From: a virus
IMG/VR virus record: IMGVR_UViG_3300020438_000030
Coordinates: 3,370-67,369 of that record
DNA: 64,000 bases
Direction: 5' to 3' (one strand)
Shown here: piece after piece, positions 44,721 through 54,759 of the stretch
Layout: each line of letters opens with the position of its first letter
Position numbering within the stretch: position 1 is the stretch's first letter
Notes under the pieces: model-generated
What the model was told of the DNA's origin: nothing
Databases searched by the model: none
Seen by the model: only the letters and a program-made list of their open reading frames with translations
Made by a program: the position numbers and the translations under genes

Positions 44721-47700
44721 TACGAACTAAAGAATGAAGTATATTCACTAATATAATCCCTCCCAGCATCACTATAAGAATCTTCTGGTTCATCAAAAAG
44801 CGTAAAGTAATTTGACTCTTCTTCATCATCATCATCCTCATAACCCCCTGTATCAAATACACTTTCTGAACTTCCCAGTAATCCGCCAACTTGTGACAAA
44901 GCTGTAAAAGGATCACTGGAAATTGATTCTAAGTTAAACCCTGCACCTCCAGGCATTGCTTGTGTAATTAACTCCATATCTCCTCTATCTGCATCAGGCA
45001 TAAATTCGGCAAAAAATTCGTCTTGTGAACCTGCATATCCTGCATCACTAAAAATTTGAAATAAAGCAGTTTGCCCCTCCGGGTCTGTAGGATTAGCATC
45101 TTCTTCTCTTTCAATATAACTAACACCTATGCGCTCTTGTGTTGGTGTTAATTTTTTTTCATTTAAATATTTAATAGTTTCTCTTATTTCTTGTGCTGCA
45201 CCAGTTCTTGTAATATCAATAATATAGTCTTTAACTTCTTCTAAAGAAGCATCTACTTCCATTCCAAACTGTTCAAGTACTTCTTTCCACTCAGGATTAT
45301 TTTCAGTAGGATCTATACCTTTTAAAAGATGATCTGCAAATTCTTCTGGTGTAGTAAACTCAGAAAAAACAGCGCCATCTAAATCTATTTTTGTTTGATT
45401 AACTGCTGGGATAACTGTATCGGCAATATATCCTTGAATATCAGCTGCACTAGTAATGTCTTTGGCAGGATCATAAAAAACTTCATTACCTTGTTCGTCT
45501 TTTGCTTTTCCATTACCAAGTACATCAAAATGTAAACGTGCAAATTGATCTTTATCTGCTAAATTAACACCGTAATAATATGCATAGTCTGCCCAGGTAT
45601 ATCCATTTGGATTACCATCTATAGTTCCTTCAATAATTGAATCTGCATTAGCATTAGCTGCATCATAATCAGCTTGAACACGTTCAGCTTGCCTTCTATA
45701 ATCTTCATCTTTTTGGCCTTCAAATCTCTCATCAATTGCAGTTGTAGGATCAAAGTAAAATGCGGCATCAAAATATTGTGGGCTTGTGCTTTGAATTTGT
45801 TCTAATTTTGCAGATGCATATGCAGAAGCAGTATTTTTTAATGCTTCCATTGCATCTTGCGTTTGAAAAATGTTTTGTTCATTTTCATCTAAACTATCTA
45901 AATAAGATATAAATTCATCCATTGATTTTGATTGGTCAAAGCGTGGTTTAATAAAATCATCAATAAATGATTCTCTGAATTGATCTTCAATTGTATAGAT
46001 TTTAAAAATTTCATTTTCTGTACCTGTTAATATTTCAAGAGCTTCTTCTTTGTTTAAACTAGAATCTAAATCATATTTATTTAACAATGCGCCCCAGGTA
46101 TCTGGGCTTTTAATTTCTAATGCTCTTTCTTTACTTACGCCTCTTGGAAGATTATTAGCATCCATCAATTGATTCCAACTATCTGTCCCTGGTTCTCTAT
46201 TGTTTATTTGGTTTTGAAAACGAGTCCATTGATTTTCGTTTAAAATAGGATCTAAATCTTCTACATCTGCTTTTAATTTTCCTGTAATTTCTTCCATATT
46301 TTCATAACGGTCAAGCAGTGTTTCATCAAACCATTTTTGCCAATTAAAAACACTGCTGTTATTAGATATTCCTGTTACGTTGCTTAAACCTTTTTCTAAA
46401 GATTCTGTCATTGAATCTACATTCACACCTGCCATTGATAGATAACCACCTATGCCACTATCACCTATTAATGAATTTGCAATACTAGAATTTGCACCAT
46501 AAATTTCATTAAACCCTGGTAGCCCCTTATATATATTTAATTCGTTTTCTCGTTTTCTTTCTTGAGCTAATTTGTCTGAAGTTGTTTTTAAAAGATCAAA
46601 AGCTAAAGCTTGAAACTTATCTTGTTCTTCTAAATCCTTTTTACCAAAAACATTAAATATACTGGTTTCTAAAAAACTAACGCCTTCTTTATTGACTATA
46701 GGGGTTCGATTTCCATACTCATCTTCTTCATACATAATATTGCCATTTGAATCTAATACAAAAGGCTCATCCCAATCAATAGTAGGGCGACCACTTCCAC
46801 TGCTTGGTGTTGTTAAACCTAATAAATTATCTCGATAAACTGTTTGATCCCCCGGATCCATTGAAGTCCAGGTTTCCGAATAGCTATTAGCCTTGTCTGT
46901 AGCTTCAGCTTCATTGCCTCTATTATCGTCATCTGAAATACCAGAATTTTTAATATCTGTATATGTACCATGAAGAAAAAGTTCTAGACTATTTTCAGGA
47001 GTATCTGCAATATAGGGACCAACAACATCTAAATCAGGTAATGCGTAGTTTCCAGCAGTAACTCCTGTTTGTGCATTTTTCCAGTTTTCTAATGCAGTTC
47101 GTCCATGTGTCGTTTCCGTGCGGTAATATTGAGAATCAAAACCTTTACCACCTAGATCAAGACTAGGAGGTTGTGCATAATCTCCAGGGGCTTTTTTAGT
47201 TATATTATTATTTAAATAATATGCATCAAAAGTATTAATATCTCCTTCTCTATTTCCTTGATCATCAACTCTTATTATGTCTTCTGTATATTTATCAGGT
47301 AAAGAAGCAATGGCACCTTCAATTAACTTTTTATAATCTCCGGCTTCTGCGTTATTAAAATCGTTAGCAATACCATCAAATGTTTCTTGTAATCCTGTTC
47401 CAACTAAATTTTTGTCATATGTTATTTTGCCATTTTCATTAACAGAAAACTTAGATCCAGGTAAAATTCTTGATTCATTTTTGCCATAGTAATCCCAGTG
47501 AAATTGTCCATAATTATTTGCAGTCTCATTAGCTTCACTTTGAGTTACAAAATCTTCACCATCTGTACTTAATGTAGTTATATAACTTCTTACATTACCG
47601 TCTGTCCCTGTCATTTCAAGGGTACTATATACTTTAAAATTTCTATCTGGATTATTTCCAGGGGGGAATCCAGGGCTTCCTATTTCATCAAAACCACCTT

Positions 47701-48190
47701 CTCCATTGTGCCATTCAAAGGCCATGCGGCGTTTAGCTGCATGTTCTAATAAATCCTCTTTTCGTGTTTCATTTTCAACACTACTCCAAAGTTCTAGAGC
47801 TTTCTCTGCGCTTGGAAGCTTTTGCTGTGTATCTGTAGATGTTCCTGTTGCGTTTGATTTAAAGATTTGATCTTTAATAGATTCAGCAAGCCATTTTCCT
47901 TCGTCTGTATTTTGATCAATAAAAGTTTCATTTCTGAAGCCATCATCTGTAAGTACAGATACTGTCTTAAGTCCTTTATTTACATACTCAAGATATTCAT
48001 TTCGTCGTGTTTCACCAATACCTCCCCATACTCCTTTAGTTCCATCCCCCTCAAGAAAAGGTTTATGAGCATCATAATATGTGTTCCATCCTCTTATTTT
48101 TGCTTTTTTATCAGTAACAGTATCTGCTAATCCCTCTGGTAAACCCTCTTCTCTTCCAACATATTGACCATATTCATTAAGTGATTTCAT
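44720..48190 (-). CDS. large acidic virion/internal protein
   Basis: 1156-aa ORF in the late region; repeated FD..YY..., H(W/F)...G motifs; function not recognised. Confidence 0.75.
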   Translation of the reverse strand: MKSLNEYGQYVGREEGLPEGLADTVTDKKAKIRGWNTYYDAHKPFLEGDGTKGVWGGIGETRRNEYLEYVNKGLKTVSVLTDDGFRNETFIDQNTDEGKWLAESIKDQIFKSNATGTSTDTQQKLPSAEKALELWSSVENETRKEDLLEHAAKRRMAFEWHNGEGGFDEIGSPGFPPGNNPDRNFKVYSTLEMTGTDGNVRSYITTLSTDGEDFVTQSEANETANNYGQFHWDYYGKNESRILPGSKFSVNENGKITYDKNLVGTGLQETFDGIANDFNNAEAGDYKKLIEGAIASLPDKYTEDIIRVDDQGNREGDINTFDAYYLNNNITKKAPGDYAQPPSLDLGGKGFDSQYYRTETTHGRTALENWKNAQTGVTAGNYALPDLDVVGPYIADTPENSLELFLHGTYTDIKNSGISDDDNRGNEAEATDKANSYSETWTSMDPGDQTVYRDNLLGLTTPSSGSGRPTIDWDEPFVLDSNGNIMYEEDEYGNRTPIVNKEGVSFLETSIFNVFGKKDLEEQDKFQALAFDLLKTTSDKLAQERKRENELNIYKGLPGFNEIYGANSSIANSLIGDSGIGGYLSMAGVNVDSMTESLEKGLSNVTGISNNSSVFNWQKWFDETLLDRYENMEEITGKLKADVEDLDPILNENQWTRFQNQINNREPGTDSWNQLMDANNLPRGVSKERALEIKSPDTWGALLNKYDLDSSLNKEEALEILTGTENEIFKIYTIEDQFRESFIDDFIKPRFDQSKSMDEFISYLDSLDENEQNIFQTQDAMEALKNTASAYASAKLEQIQSTSPQYFDAAFYFDPTTAIDERFEGQKDEDYRRQAERVQADYDAANANADSIIEGTIDGNPNGYTWADYAYYYGVNLADKDQFARLHFDVLGNGKAKDEQGNEVFYDPAKDITSAADIQGYIADTVIPAVNQTKIDLDGAVFSEFTTPEEFADHLLKGIDPTENNPEWKEVLEQFGMEVDASLEEVKDYIIDITRTGAAQEIRETIKYLNEKKLTPTQERIGVSYIEREEDANPTDPEGQTALFQIFSDAGYAGSQDEFFAEFMPDADRGDMELITQAMPGGAGFNLESISSDPFTALSQVGGLLGSSESVFDTGGYEDDDDEEESNYFTLFDEPEDSYSDAGRDYISEYTSFFSS

Positions 48191-48549
48191 TATGCAGTTG
48201 CCTTATTATTCATATAAGTATCCACTAATTCTAAAGTATTCGATTTGATCCAGTTAATGATTGCTGTAAATTTATTTTCATTAAAAAAATTTTGTTTTCT
48301 ATACCAACTTTCCATTGGTTCGCTTCCTTTATCTGCATTACATCTAGTACAAGCAGGCACTAAGTTGTGTCTATTACTACATCCTGATTTATATTTAGGA
48401 ACAATATGATCTAAAGATGTTGCTTTTGTGCCACAATAAGCGCATTTATGTTCCCAATCTTTGTATATTTCTTCTCTAAATCTTTTTTTGGCTAATCGTG
48501 GTGTCAGTTCAACGAGGAGGGCGAGGGGTTCGTGCTCCGTTCTGAACAT
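48190..48549 (-). CDS. HNH endonuclease
   Basis: CAYCG...SLDHIVPK..G...NLVPACTRCNADKG. Confidence 0.9.
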   Translation of the reverse strand: MFRTEHEPLALLVELTPRLAKKRFREEIYKDWEHKCAYCGTKATSLDHIVPKYKSGCSNRHNLVPACTRCNADKGSEPMESWYRKQNFFNENKFTAIINWIKSNTLELVDTYMNNKATA

Positions 48550-48678
48550 GTTTTGTTAGCCGTTATGTTATTTTAAGTGAACTAAACTTCATAAAAAATA
48601 ACCCACCTTAAATTAAAGTAAATATGGTTGACGTTTTGTGTATTGAACTTAATCTGTGTATGAAGTTTCTGCACAATC

Positions 48679-48933
48679 ATGCAAAACAAAGTCTGGTTTT
48701 CTGTCAAGGAAACCCTGGAAGAGCTACAGATTGACCGTAAGCAGCTTTTTTGTATGCGTGATGATGGGACCTGTAAACTTGGCACACATTATGCCGCATT
48801 CCCCGAGACTAGGTCAAGAGATAACTACCGCTGGAACGTTCCCAAAATGAAAAAAATTCTAAAGGAACAAGCTACGCAGGGCACAGAAGTAATTTCTGTT
48901 TCTTTTGGAAACTCCTTGGTTGAGGCCGCTTAG
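48679..48933 (+). CDS. excisionase-like HTH protein
   Basis: WFSVKETLEELQIDRKQLFCMRDDG..KLGTHY. Confidence 0.6.
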   Translation: MQNKVWFSVKETLEELQIDRKQLFCMRDDGTCKLGTHYAAFPETRSRDNYRWNVPKMKKILKEQATQGTEVISVSFGNSLVEAA

Positions 48934-49309
48934 ACGGCGTGTAATAAATTTTACGTACTTTGTGAGCTAGGAGGACATCATCAATCCTTGACACCAGACC
49001 TGTGTCTTGCGCTACGGCTAGTGTTTGAGAAAGAGACTCCCAACAGCTCTTTATTTTAGAGGGCTGTTTTTCTTTGAGTTGAAACAAGAAAACCCACTGA
49101 GGATGGAGTGGGTGTAAAGGTCGTTTTTTGTTTTCAAGGCTAATACTATTGTCTTTATTCCAGACAAAGTGTTTTAGCTCGTTTGGATCTTTGCCATATA
49201 CAGCAATCATTCCATATAACCAAGCAAGCTTTTCAAATCCAGGCTTGGATGATAAGGAAAAAAATTCATCTAAAATTTCTTGATCGCGAGGCACGCTACG
49301 AAGATTCAT
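48872..49309 (-). CDS. truncated/degenerate tyrosine-integrase-like protein
   Basis: WLYGMIAVYGKDPNEL and RPLHPLHPQWVFLFQL resemble cyanobacterial integrase segments (YGLRPxE; R...PxW), but the catalytic Arg and HxxR/Y are missing. Confidence 0.5.
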   Translation of the reverse strand: MNLRSVPRDQEILDEFFSLSSKPGFEKLAWLYGMIAVYGKDPNELKHFVWNKDNSISLENKKRPLHPLHPQWVFLFQLKEKQPSKIKSCWESLSQTLAVAQDTGLVSRIDDVLLAHKVRKIYYTPSKRPQPRSFQKKQKLLLCPA

Positions 49310-49429
49310 GGCTCATGTCGCTAGTGATCTAACTATACCCATAGGGCTTATTCTGTTGTGAGTAAAAACTGTCATCTCAAGAAACCTTCGGGAAACTTGA
49401 TGTAAGTATTCTATATTATTAAGATTTAC

Positions 49430-51082
49430 TTATGACTGACCATCTGCGTTCGGTTTTTGGCCAGAGGCTGGAATGTACGCTACCCCGTTTTTATCTCGCA
49501 TAATGAACTGCTGTAGCTCAATAAACTCTGAAGGAAAGTTAAAAAGCTTTTGCAGCATAGGTATCATTACTGGGGATTGACAATTAAAAGGAGGAATGTC
49601 CATGTGACTAACTCCATAGTTAATAAACTCACTTAATGATTTAGTTTGTTCTGTTGCTGTCTTATCAATCAAAGCACTTTCCCATTCAGACATTAAACCA
49701 GCATCAATAGGAAAGTCAGAAGGTTCAACAGGAAATTCTCCCGCTATATATTTCATTGCATAAATATGTTTGCAATAACGATATTGATCTAAAACATATG
49801 TCCAATCATCTGTAATTTGCGTAATTGTTAATCCACTTTGTTTGTAATCTCCATACTTAGGCATACCTTCTGCTACCTGTGTTAAAGAAGGATTGTCTCC
49901 AAAACCACGACGATACACTTTACCAAAATCATTATATTGTCCAGGAGAATCCCTATATAAAGCTTTGGGATCTCTTACATCTTTTGTTTCTCCGCTTGTA
50001 CCTACACCTACCAATTGGAAACCACTTGGAGCAACAATAGTCAGTGTTCTATTTTGTACTATTTTTTGATTAACCTCCGTCATCATTGCATTTGATAACT
50101 GTCCTAATTCAAAAACTTCTTCAATACGTCCAGGTTTTATGCTTGAAACGTTTGCTCTGGGGAATAAAGGTTTCTTTCTTACTCCTAAATTAGATAGATA
50201 AGCATAATCTCTACGTGTAAAATCTTGACAAGAACAACAATATCTAGCTCCTGTTTGAAAAAAGCGTCCTGTATGTGGAGGGACTCTTGATGGAGTGGCA
50301 AGGATTCCATCAATTGTTCCTTGTACAGAACCTAATTTTTCTAATTTTAAAATGCCTTGGAACTGGTCTACACCAGCCAATACAGCTTGAACAAAACCAA
50401 AACGACGGTTTGTTGCGGGATCTCTACTATCAAGACCAATAGCTTCTCCTGAAGTTGTAATAATTTTGTCTTCAATTATGTCTCCAACAATAGGTTTTAA
50501 TGTTTGATTTGTTCCAGAAAAAGTTACAAACAACGGTGGTGGTACAGGATTAACAGTATTAAATATGCCACTTAATTGAATGTACCAATAACTTTCATTG
50601 TCTTGTGGTACACCTAGATATAAAGTATTCTTGTTTACTTCTCCTGAGATTGCTAGTAATGTTCCTGATGTATCCTTTAGACGGTCAAAACGTAAATTAC
50701 CTGGTTCAATCTTTCCCGCCCAGTGGATACCTAACTCTTTATTTTTTGTTGGAAATCCTCTAAACACTCCTGACATTAAAGGTTCTCTTGCACCTATTTG
50801 ATTAACTGCTCCTGTGGTAGTAGGAATAATATATTCAAAAGGATATTCGTAGGCAGTATTTGTTAAGTTTGCAGAACCTAGTTCCCAGCCTCTACGCCAT
50901 CTTGACCAGGTAGCTTCTCGTTCAACTGTATATAAAGAGTTGGGTATTGAACCACCAAACACTCCTTCAACTGGTTCTACTTTATATTTTTTAACTTCAG
51001 GGGTACTTCCACTAAAAACTGATCCTTGGAAGCGTCCAAATGAACTACCTCCTCCAAAAGAGTTTTTATTCTTTTTTGCCAT
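49430..51082 (-). CDS. hypothetical protein with a split SWIM-type zinc finger
   Basis: YCCSCQDF ... YCKHIYA. Confidence 0.7.
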   Translation of the reverse strand: MAKKNKNSFGGGSSFGRFQGSVFSGSTPEVKKYKVEPVEGVFGGSIPNSLYTVEREATWSRWRRGWELGSANLTNTAYEYPFEYIIPTTTGAVNQIGAREPLMSGVFRGFPTKNKELGIHWAGKIEPGNLRFDRLKDTSGTLLAISGEVNKNTLYLGVPQDNESYWYIQLSGIFNTVNPVPPPLFVTFSGTNQTLKPIVGDIIEDKIITTSGEAIGLDSRDPATNRRFGFVQAVLAGVDQFQGILKLEKLGSVQGTIDGILATPSRVPPHTGRFFQTGARYCCSCQDFTRRDYAYLSNLGVRKKPLFPRANVSSIKPGRIEEVFELGQLSNAMMTEVNQKIVQNRTLTIVAPSGFQLVGVGTSGETKDVRDPKALYRDSPGQYNDFGKVYRRGFGDNPSLTQVAEGMPKYGDYKQSGLTITQITDDWTYVLDQYRYCKHIYAMKYIAGEFPVEPSDFPIDAGLMSEWESALIDKTATEQTKSLSEFINYGVSHMDIPPFNCQSPVMIPMLQKLFNFPSEFIELQQFIMRDKNGVAYIPASGQKPNADGQS

Positions 51083-51085
51083 GAA

Positions 51086-51880
51086 TCAATAGAAACCACC
51101 TTGAGCTACAACATGTACTCCAGGAATATAACCAGAAGCTGTGTTATAAACTCCTCGTTGAAGTACACCTACATAAAGACGATCTCCACGCTGTAGATAA
51201 ATACCGCGATTTTTTAATGGTGTTTTTGGTCCTAATCCACCAGTATTTCCTTGTTGTGGTACAGGTGAAGCTAATTCTGGCATTACATCTGAACAGTCAA
51301 CAAAACCAGAATTAGTAGGGACTGTTTTGCTAAACACAGGAATGTAGTCTCCATCTCCTGGAATGGGAACAGTAGTTCCACGAGTATGGTAAACAACAAA
51401 AGTAACAGCTGGAAGAGTGGTAGAACTTAAAGAATTAAAAGTAAATCCAGAAGCTGTAGGGCTTGCTACGCCTGAAAAATGAATAGAAGTATTAACAACA
51501 TTTAATGCTGTAGTACCTGTATAGGTGTAATATCCCTGTCCACTTTCTGCAGGCGTTCCTAAAACACCTGTATTTTCTACATAAACAATTTGTCCTTTTG
51601 TTAGTCCAATAAAAGTTCCTGAAGTATCTGAATTGATAGTGTAATCAGCATGCACTGCATCCGATGTATCATCACGCAGAATTGTAATTGAATCAACAAC
51701 ACCACCACTATTATTATCAGAACTTAAGGTGGCATCCATATCAACCAGTAGTCCGGGGCTTTGTCCCCCTTGGACATTAAGGTCTGTATTATTGCCAACA
51801 ACTTGATTTGTTAATCTGGTCCTTGCTAACAAAGGACGATCAACAAACATAGGCTGCTTATTAGTATTAGTGGCTGTCAT
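51086..51880 (-). CDS. virion structural protein
   Basis: T/G/S-rich beta protein (NKQPMFVDRP...QGGFY) in the late operon. Confidence 0.65.
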   Translation of the reverse strand: MTATNTNKQPMFVDRPLLARTRLTNQVVGNNTDLNVQGGQSPGLLVDMDATLSSDNNSGGVVDSITILRDDTSDAVHADYTINSDTSGTFIGLTKGQIVYVENTGVLGTPAESGQGYYTYTGTTALNVVNTSIHFSGVASPTASGFTFNSLSSTTLPAVTFVVYHTRGTTVPIPGDGDYIPVFSKTVPTNSGFVDCSDVMPELASPVPQQGNTGGLGPKTPLKNRGIYLQRGDRLYVGVLQRGVYNTASGYIPGVHVVAQGGFY

Positions 51881-51920
51881 TTACAATGCTGTCTTATCTA
51901 TCTATTTTATCTTACTATTA

Positions 51921-52658
51921 TTAAAACCCGCTAAAGCCTTGATATTGTTTAACTAAATTATCAGCTAATTGGTTTCCTTGTCTTTGAATAGCTCCCAACA
52001 TTTGCTGAAAAGGGTTGCCAGTAGTACCAACAGGATTACGACCTCCATATAATTGCCCTAGCATAAAACGTTCAAAAGGATCTTTTTCTTTTTTCTTTTT
52101 TTCTTCTTTTTCTACTGTGTAGTAATTATTAATTTGAACTGTAGGATCTTGTATACCTGCTTGATATGTAGAAATAGCATCAGGGTCTCCTCCTAATAAA
52201 GCAGCTCCTTTTGCTTGTACTTCTTGTGAAACAGGATCAAAATAAAAATTTCCTCTATCTTCAAACATAACGTCTCCTGGACGTTTGTTTTTTAAAAGAG
52301 CTTGACCTCTAAATGAAGTTGCTCCTCCTGTCTTTTGAAATGCTCCTCCAACTAAAGCAGGGTTTTCAGCAATAGAAACTAAACGATCATAATCTCTTTT
52401 TGATAGTCCTCTTAAATTTTCTTTTGCTAATTGTTCTGAAGAATAATATTGATTAGCTTCATACTGTCCAGGGGCAGAAACTACTCCCATCATGTTATTT
52501 GAAAAAGAAGGAGACAATTTTCTTGCAACTAAATTAGATGCAACACCTGCAATATCTCCACCGCCTCCGCCAAGAAAAGCTTCTCCTGCAATAGTATTTA
52601 AATACGCAGCTCTTTGTGCAGGAGTAAAACCTAAAAGCTGACTTACTGTCTGTGCCAT
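51921..52658 (-). CDS. virion protein with SleB-like cell-wall hydrolase domain
   Basis: NTIAGEA...GVASNLVAR...VVSAPGQYE...GATSF...GNFYF. Confidence 0.6.
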   Translation of the reverse strand: MAQTVSQLLGFTPAQRAAYLNTIAGEAFLGGGGGDIAGVASNLVARKLSPSFSNNMMGVVSAPGQYEANQYYSSEQLAKENLRGLSKRDYDRLVSIAENPALVGGAFQKTGGATSFRGQALLKNKRPGDVMFEDRGNFYFDPVSQEVQAKGAALLGGDPDAISTYQAGIQDPTVQINNYYTVEKEEKKKKEKDPFERFMLGQLYGGRNPVGTTGNPFQQMLGAIQRQGNQLADNLVKQYQGFSGF

Positions 52659-53761
52659 TATTTCTTTCCTGCTTGTTGTTGCATAAATAGTTTCATAAAT
52701 TCTTGTGCTTGTAATTCCTGCGCTCTTGCTGCAGCAGCTTGTTGTCCTTCTAAACGATTAGCTTCAATAACTTCATTACGTGCATCTTTATCTGTCATGG
52801 TGTAGGGCATTTGTATCCCACCCTCTTTAATATAAGCTTCTAATGTTTCAGGATAACCTTCAGGAAAAACAGCTGTAGGTTGGTTACTTAAAGTGGGATT
52901 AAAAGGTCTATCAGTTTTCATAGGCACTTGAAAGTCACTATATAAATGAGGATTGTGTGCCTTATGTATGGCAAGACCTAAATCACGAACTTGATTGCGT
53001 TCTGCTTGTGTTGTTGCTGCACGACGACCTTGATCGTACAGTGCCATTTGATGCTGGAACGGTGTATTGTCTACAGACTGTTCAGCGGAAGCAGGAAGAT
53101 CTTGATTGGGATTAATAGGAGGAACAATAGTAGAAGCTTGTTTGTAAACAGAAGATTGATCAAAATTAGGATCAAAACGAATTCCTCCACCCTCTGATTT
53201 AGGCACTACTACAAAACCACCTTTGCCTGTACGTGGTTGTGGTACTGGTCCTACAACATCTTGTCCAGGTACAAATTGTGGTTTGCCGTCAACTACTTTA
53301 AAAGTACCAGGTTTTCTTCCGTATACAGTATCGTCTTTAAAAGTTTCTGGATATAAAGCATCAAAAGCTTGCCCTGCTCCATAAGAACCAGCTCCATATG
53401 CTGCCATACCTACGTAAGGAGCTGCTGGCGCTGCAGGAGTTAATGCAGTAGCAGAAGATGCTCCTGCAGCAGACAAACTTCCTGCTCCCATTTCAACTAA
53501 AGTTTTCAGTGCTTGTCTACGAGGATCTCTTCCTGTTCTTGCTGCATCATAAACTTCCATTCCTCCGAGTCCTAAATTTATTAGTGGACCACCATATCTA
53601 CCTAAAGTTTGTCCTCCTTGTCTTAATATTGTTTTACCACCCTGTTGCGCTACTTGCTTAGGTGCAGAACGAGTAATAATATTTGCTGGATTGGCACCAC
53701 CATAACGTTCCATACCAAAGCCCATAGGATTATAAGGAACGTTGTCAAAGTAAGAAGCCAT
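52658..53761 (-). CDS. internal virion/ejection-like protein
   Basis: G/A-rich amphipathic segment and Q-rich C-terminus. Confidence 0.6.
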   Translation of the reverse strand: MASYFDNVPYNPMGFGMERYGGANPANIITRSAPKQVAQQGGKTILRQGGQTLGRYGGPLINLGLGGMEVYDAARTGRDPRRQALKTLVEMGAGSLSAAGASSATALTPAAPAAPYVGMAAYGAGSYGAGQAFDALYPETFKDDTVYGRKPGTFKVVDGKPQFVPGQDVVGPVPQPRTGKGGFVVVPKSEGGGIRFDPNFDQSSVYKQASTIVPPINPNQDLPASAEQSVDNTPFQHQMALYDQGRRAATTQAERNQVRDLGLAIHKAHNPHLYSDFQVPMKTDRPFNPTLSNQPTAVFPEGYPETLEAYIKEGGIQMPYTMTDKDARNEVIEANRLEGQQAAAARAQELQAQEFMKLFMQQQAGKK

Positions 53762-53763
53762 GA

Positions 53764-54243
53764 TTATCTCGTTGTAGCGTGAAGGTAAACGTTTGCGCCG
53801 ATTGCAGTATCAGCTGGACCAGGTAATGCCTGGATAAATTCAGCACCTGATCGCTCATAGCGATACCGGGCTTGCATTGGATCTTTATAGTTAGGTACAT
53901 AAAGAATCTGAGCAAGACGATTGGTCTCATACATGTAGACCTCGTCCCATAGCTTCAAGGCTTCTTTAATACTGCTTGAACGAATCGTACGATCAACGTC
54001 ACCTATGATCCCTTCAACTCTTGTACTAGGTACTTGGAATGTATCCTCAAACGAAGCGAGTTGAGTTTTCTTTTCAGCTGCATCACAGCGGCCAATCTGA
54101 AGAATAATCTTGTCATGAAACACTGCATCTGGTACAGAGTTTAAAGATTCTTCTAGACGTGCATAGTCACCAGCAGGAACACTAACAACGTAGTATCCTA
54201 AATGATATCTAGTACGACTTTTATTAAAATCAGATAATTGCAC
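53764..54243 (-). CDS. putative head completion/connector protein
   Basis: KSRTRYHLGY; located downstream of the capsid genes; GTG start. Confidence 0.55.
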   Translation of the reverse strand: MQLSDFNKSRTRYHLGYYVVSVPAGDYARLEESLNSVPDAVFHDKIILQIGRCDAAEKKTQLASFEDTFQVPSTRVEGIIGDVDRTIRSSSIKEALKLWDEVYMYETNRLAQILYVPNYKDPMQARYRYERSGAEFIQALPGPADTAIGANVYLHATTR

Positions 54244-54283
54244 TGTAAGCCGCCTGTGTTTTTTTATTATACTTTGCGTTAAT

Positions 54284-54305
54284 AAAAAAAGCCCCGAAGG
54301 GCTTT
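54284..54305 (-). terminator. intrinsic terminator of the capsid operon
   Basis: Minus strand AAAGCCC-TTCG-GGGC-TTTTTTT. Confidence 0.85.
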
Positions 54306-54307
54306 AT

Positions 54308-54718
54308 TTAAACTCTAACTAAATCAGCAGCAAAAACAGAATCCCAATCAACACGTTTAATTTGTTTTAATTGATCTAAACTGTGAAATCTTTCACCCGA
54401 CAATGAAAGTTGTAAGTCTTTAATTTCACGAGCTGTTTTTAAACCAATTCCTTTAATGTGATCAGCAATCATTTGTGCGGTTGCTGCATTGACATTAAGG
54501 CGTGTTTCAGGAGGAAATTTGCGAACTTCTTCTTGAGCTGCTGCGTCTTTTACTTGAAGACTTTTAACTTGTTTAGTTGCCTTTTGATCGGGAACAACTT
54601 CAGTTTTATAAGCAGTAAATACACGACCGTCTTGATCTTCGATCATAAACCAATCGCCATCGTCCCACTCACTAACAACTTTTACTCGCGCTCCTGTTTT
54701 TACGTGCTGATAAAGCAT
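54308..54718 (-). CDS. helix-hairpin-helix (ComEA-like) DNA-binding protein with SH3-like N-terminus
   Basis: RLNVNAATAQMI...IKGIGLKTAREI...FHSLDQLKQIKRV. Confidence 0.8.
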   Translation of the reverse strand: MLYQHVKTGARVKVVSEWDDGDWFMIEDQDGRVFTAYKTEVVPDQKATKQVKSLQVKDAAAQEEVRKFPPETRLNVNAATAQMIADHIKGIGLKTAREIKDLQLSLSGERFHSLDQLKQIKRVDWDSVFAADLVRV

Positions 54719-54759
54719 AAGGACCAGATGTAATCTCTGGTCCTATATTACCTTAATTA

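Noticed and set aside
44720-48190. Tape-measure protein or virion RNA polymerase
   Set aside because: Acidic and aromatic-rich rather than A/G-rich helical repeats, no DxDGD or T7-type polymerase motifs, and no tail tube or chaperone context recognised
54308-54718. PsbU photosystem II gene
   Set aside because: The HhH fold is shared, but there is no signal peptide and the motif fits ComEA-type HhH better
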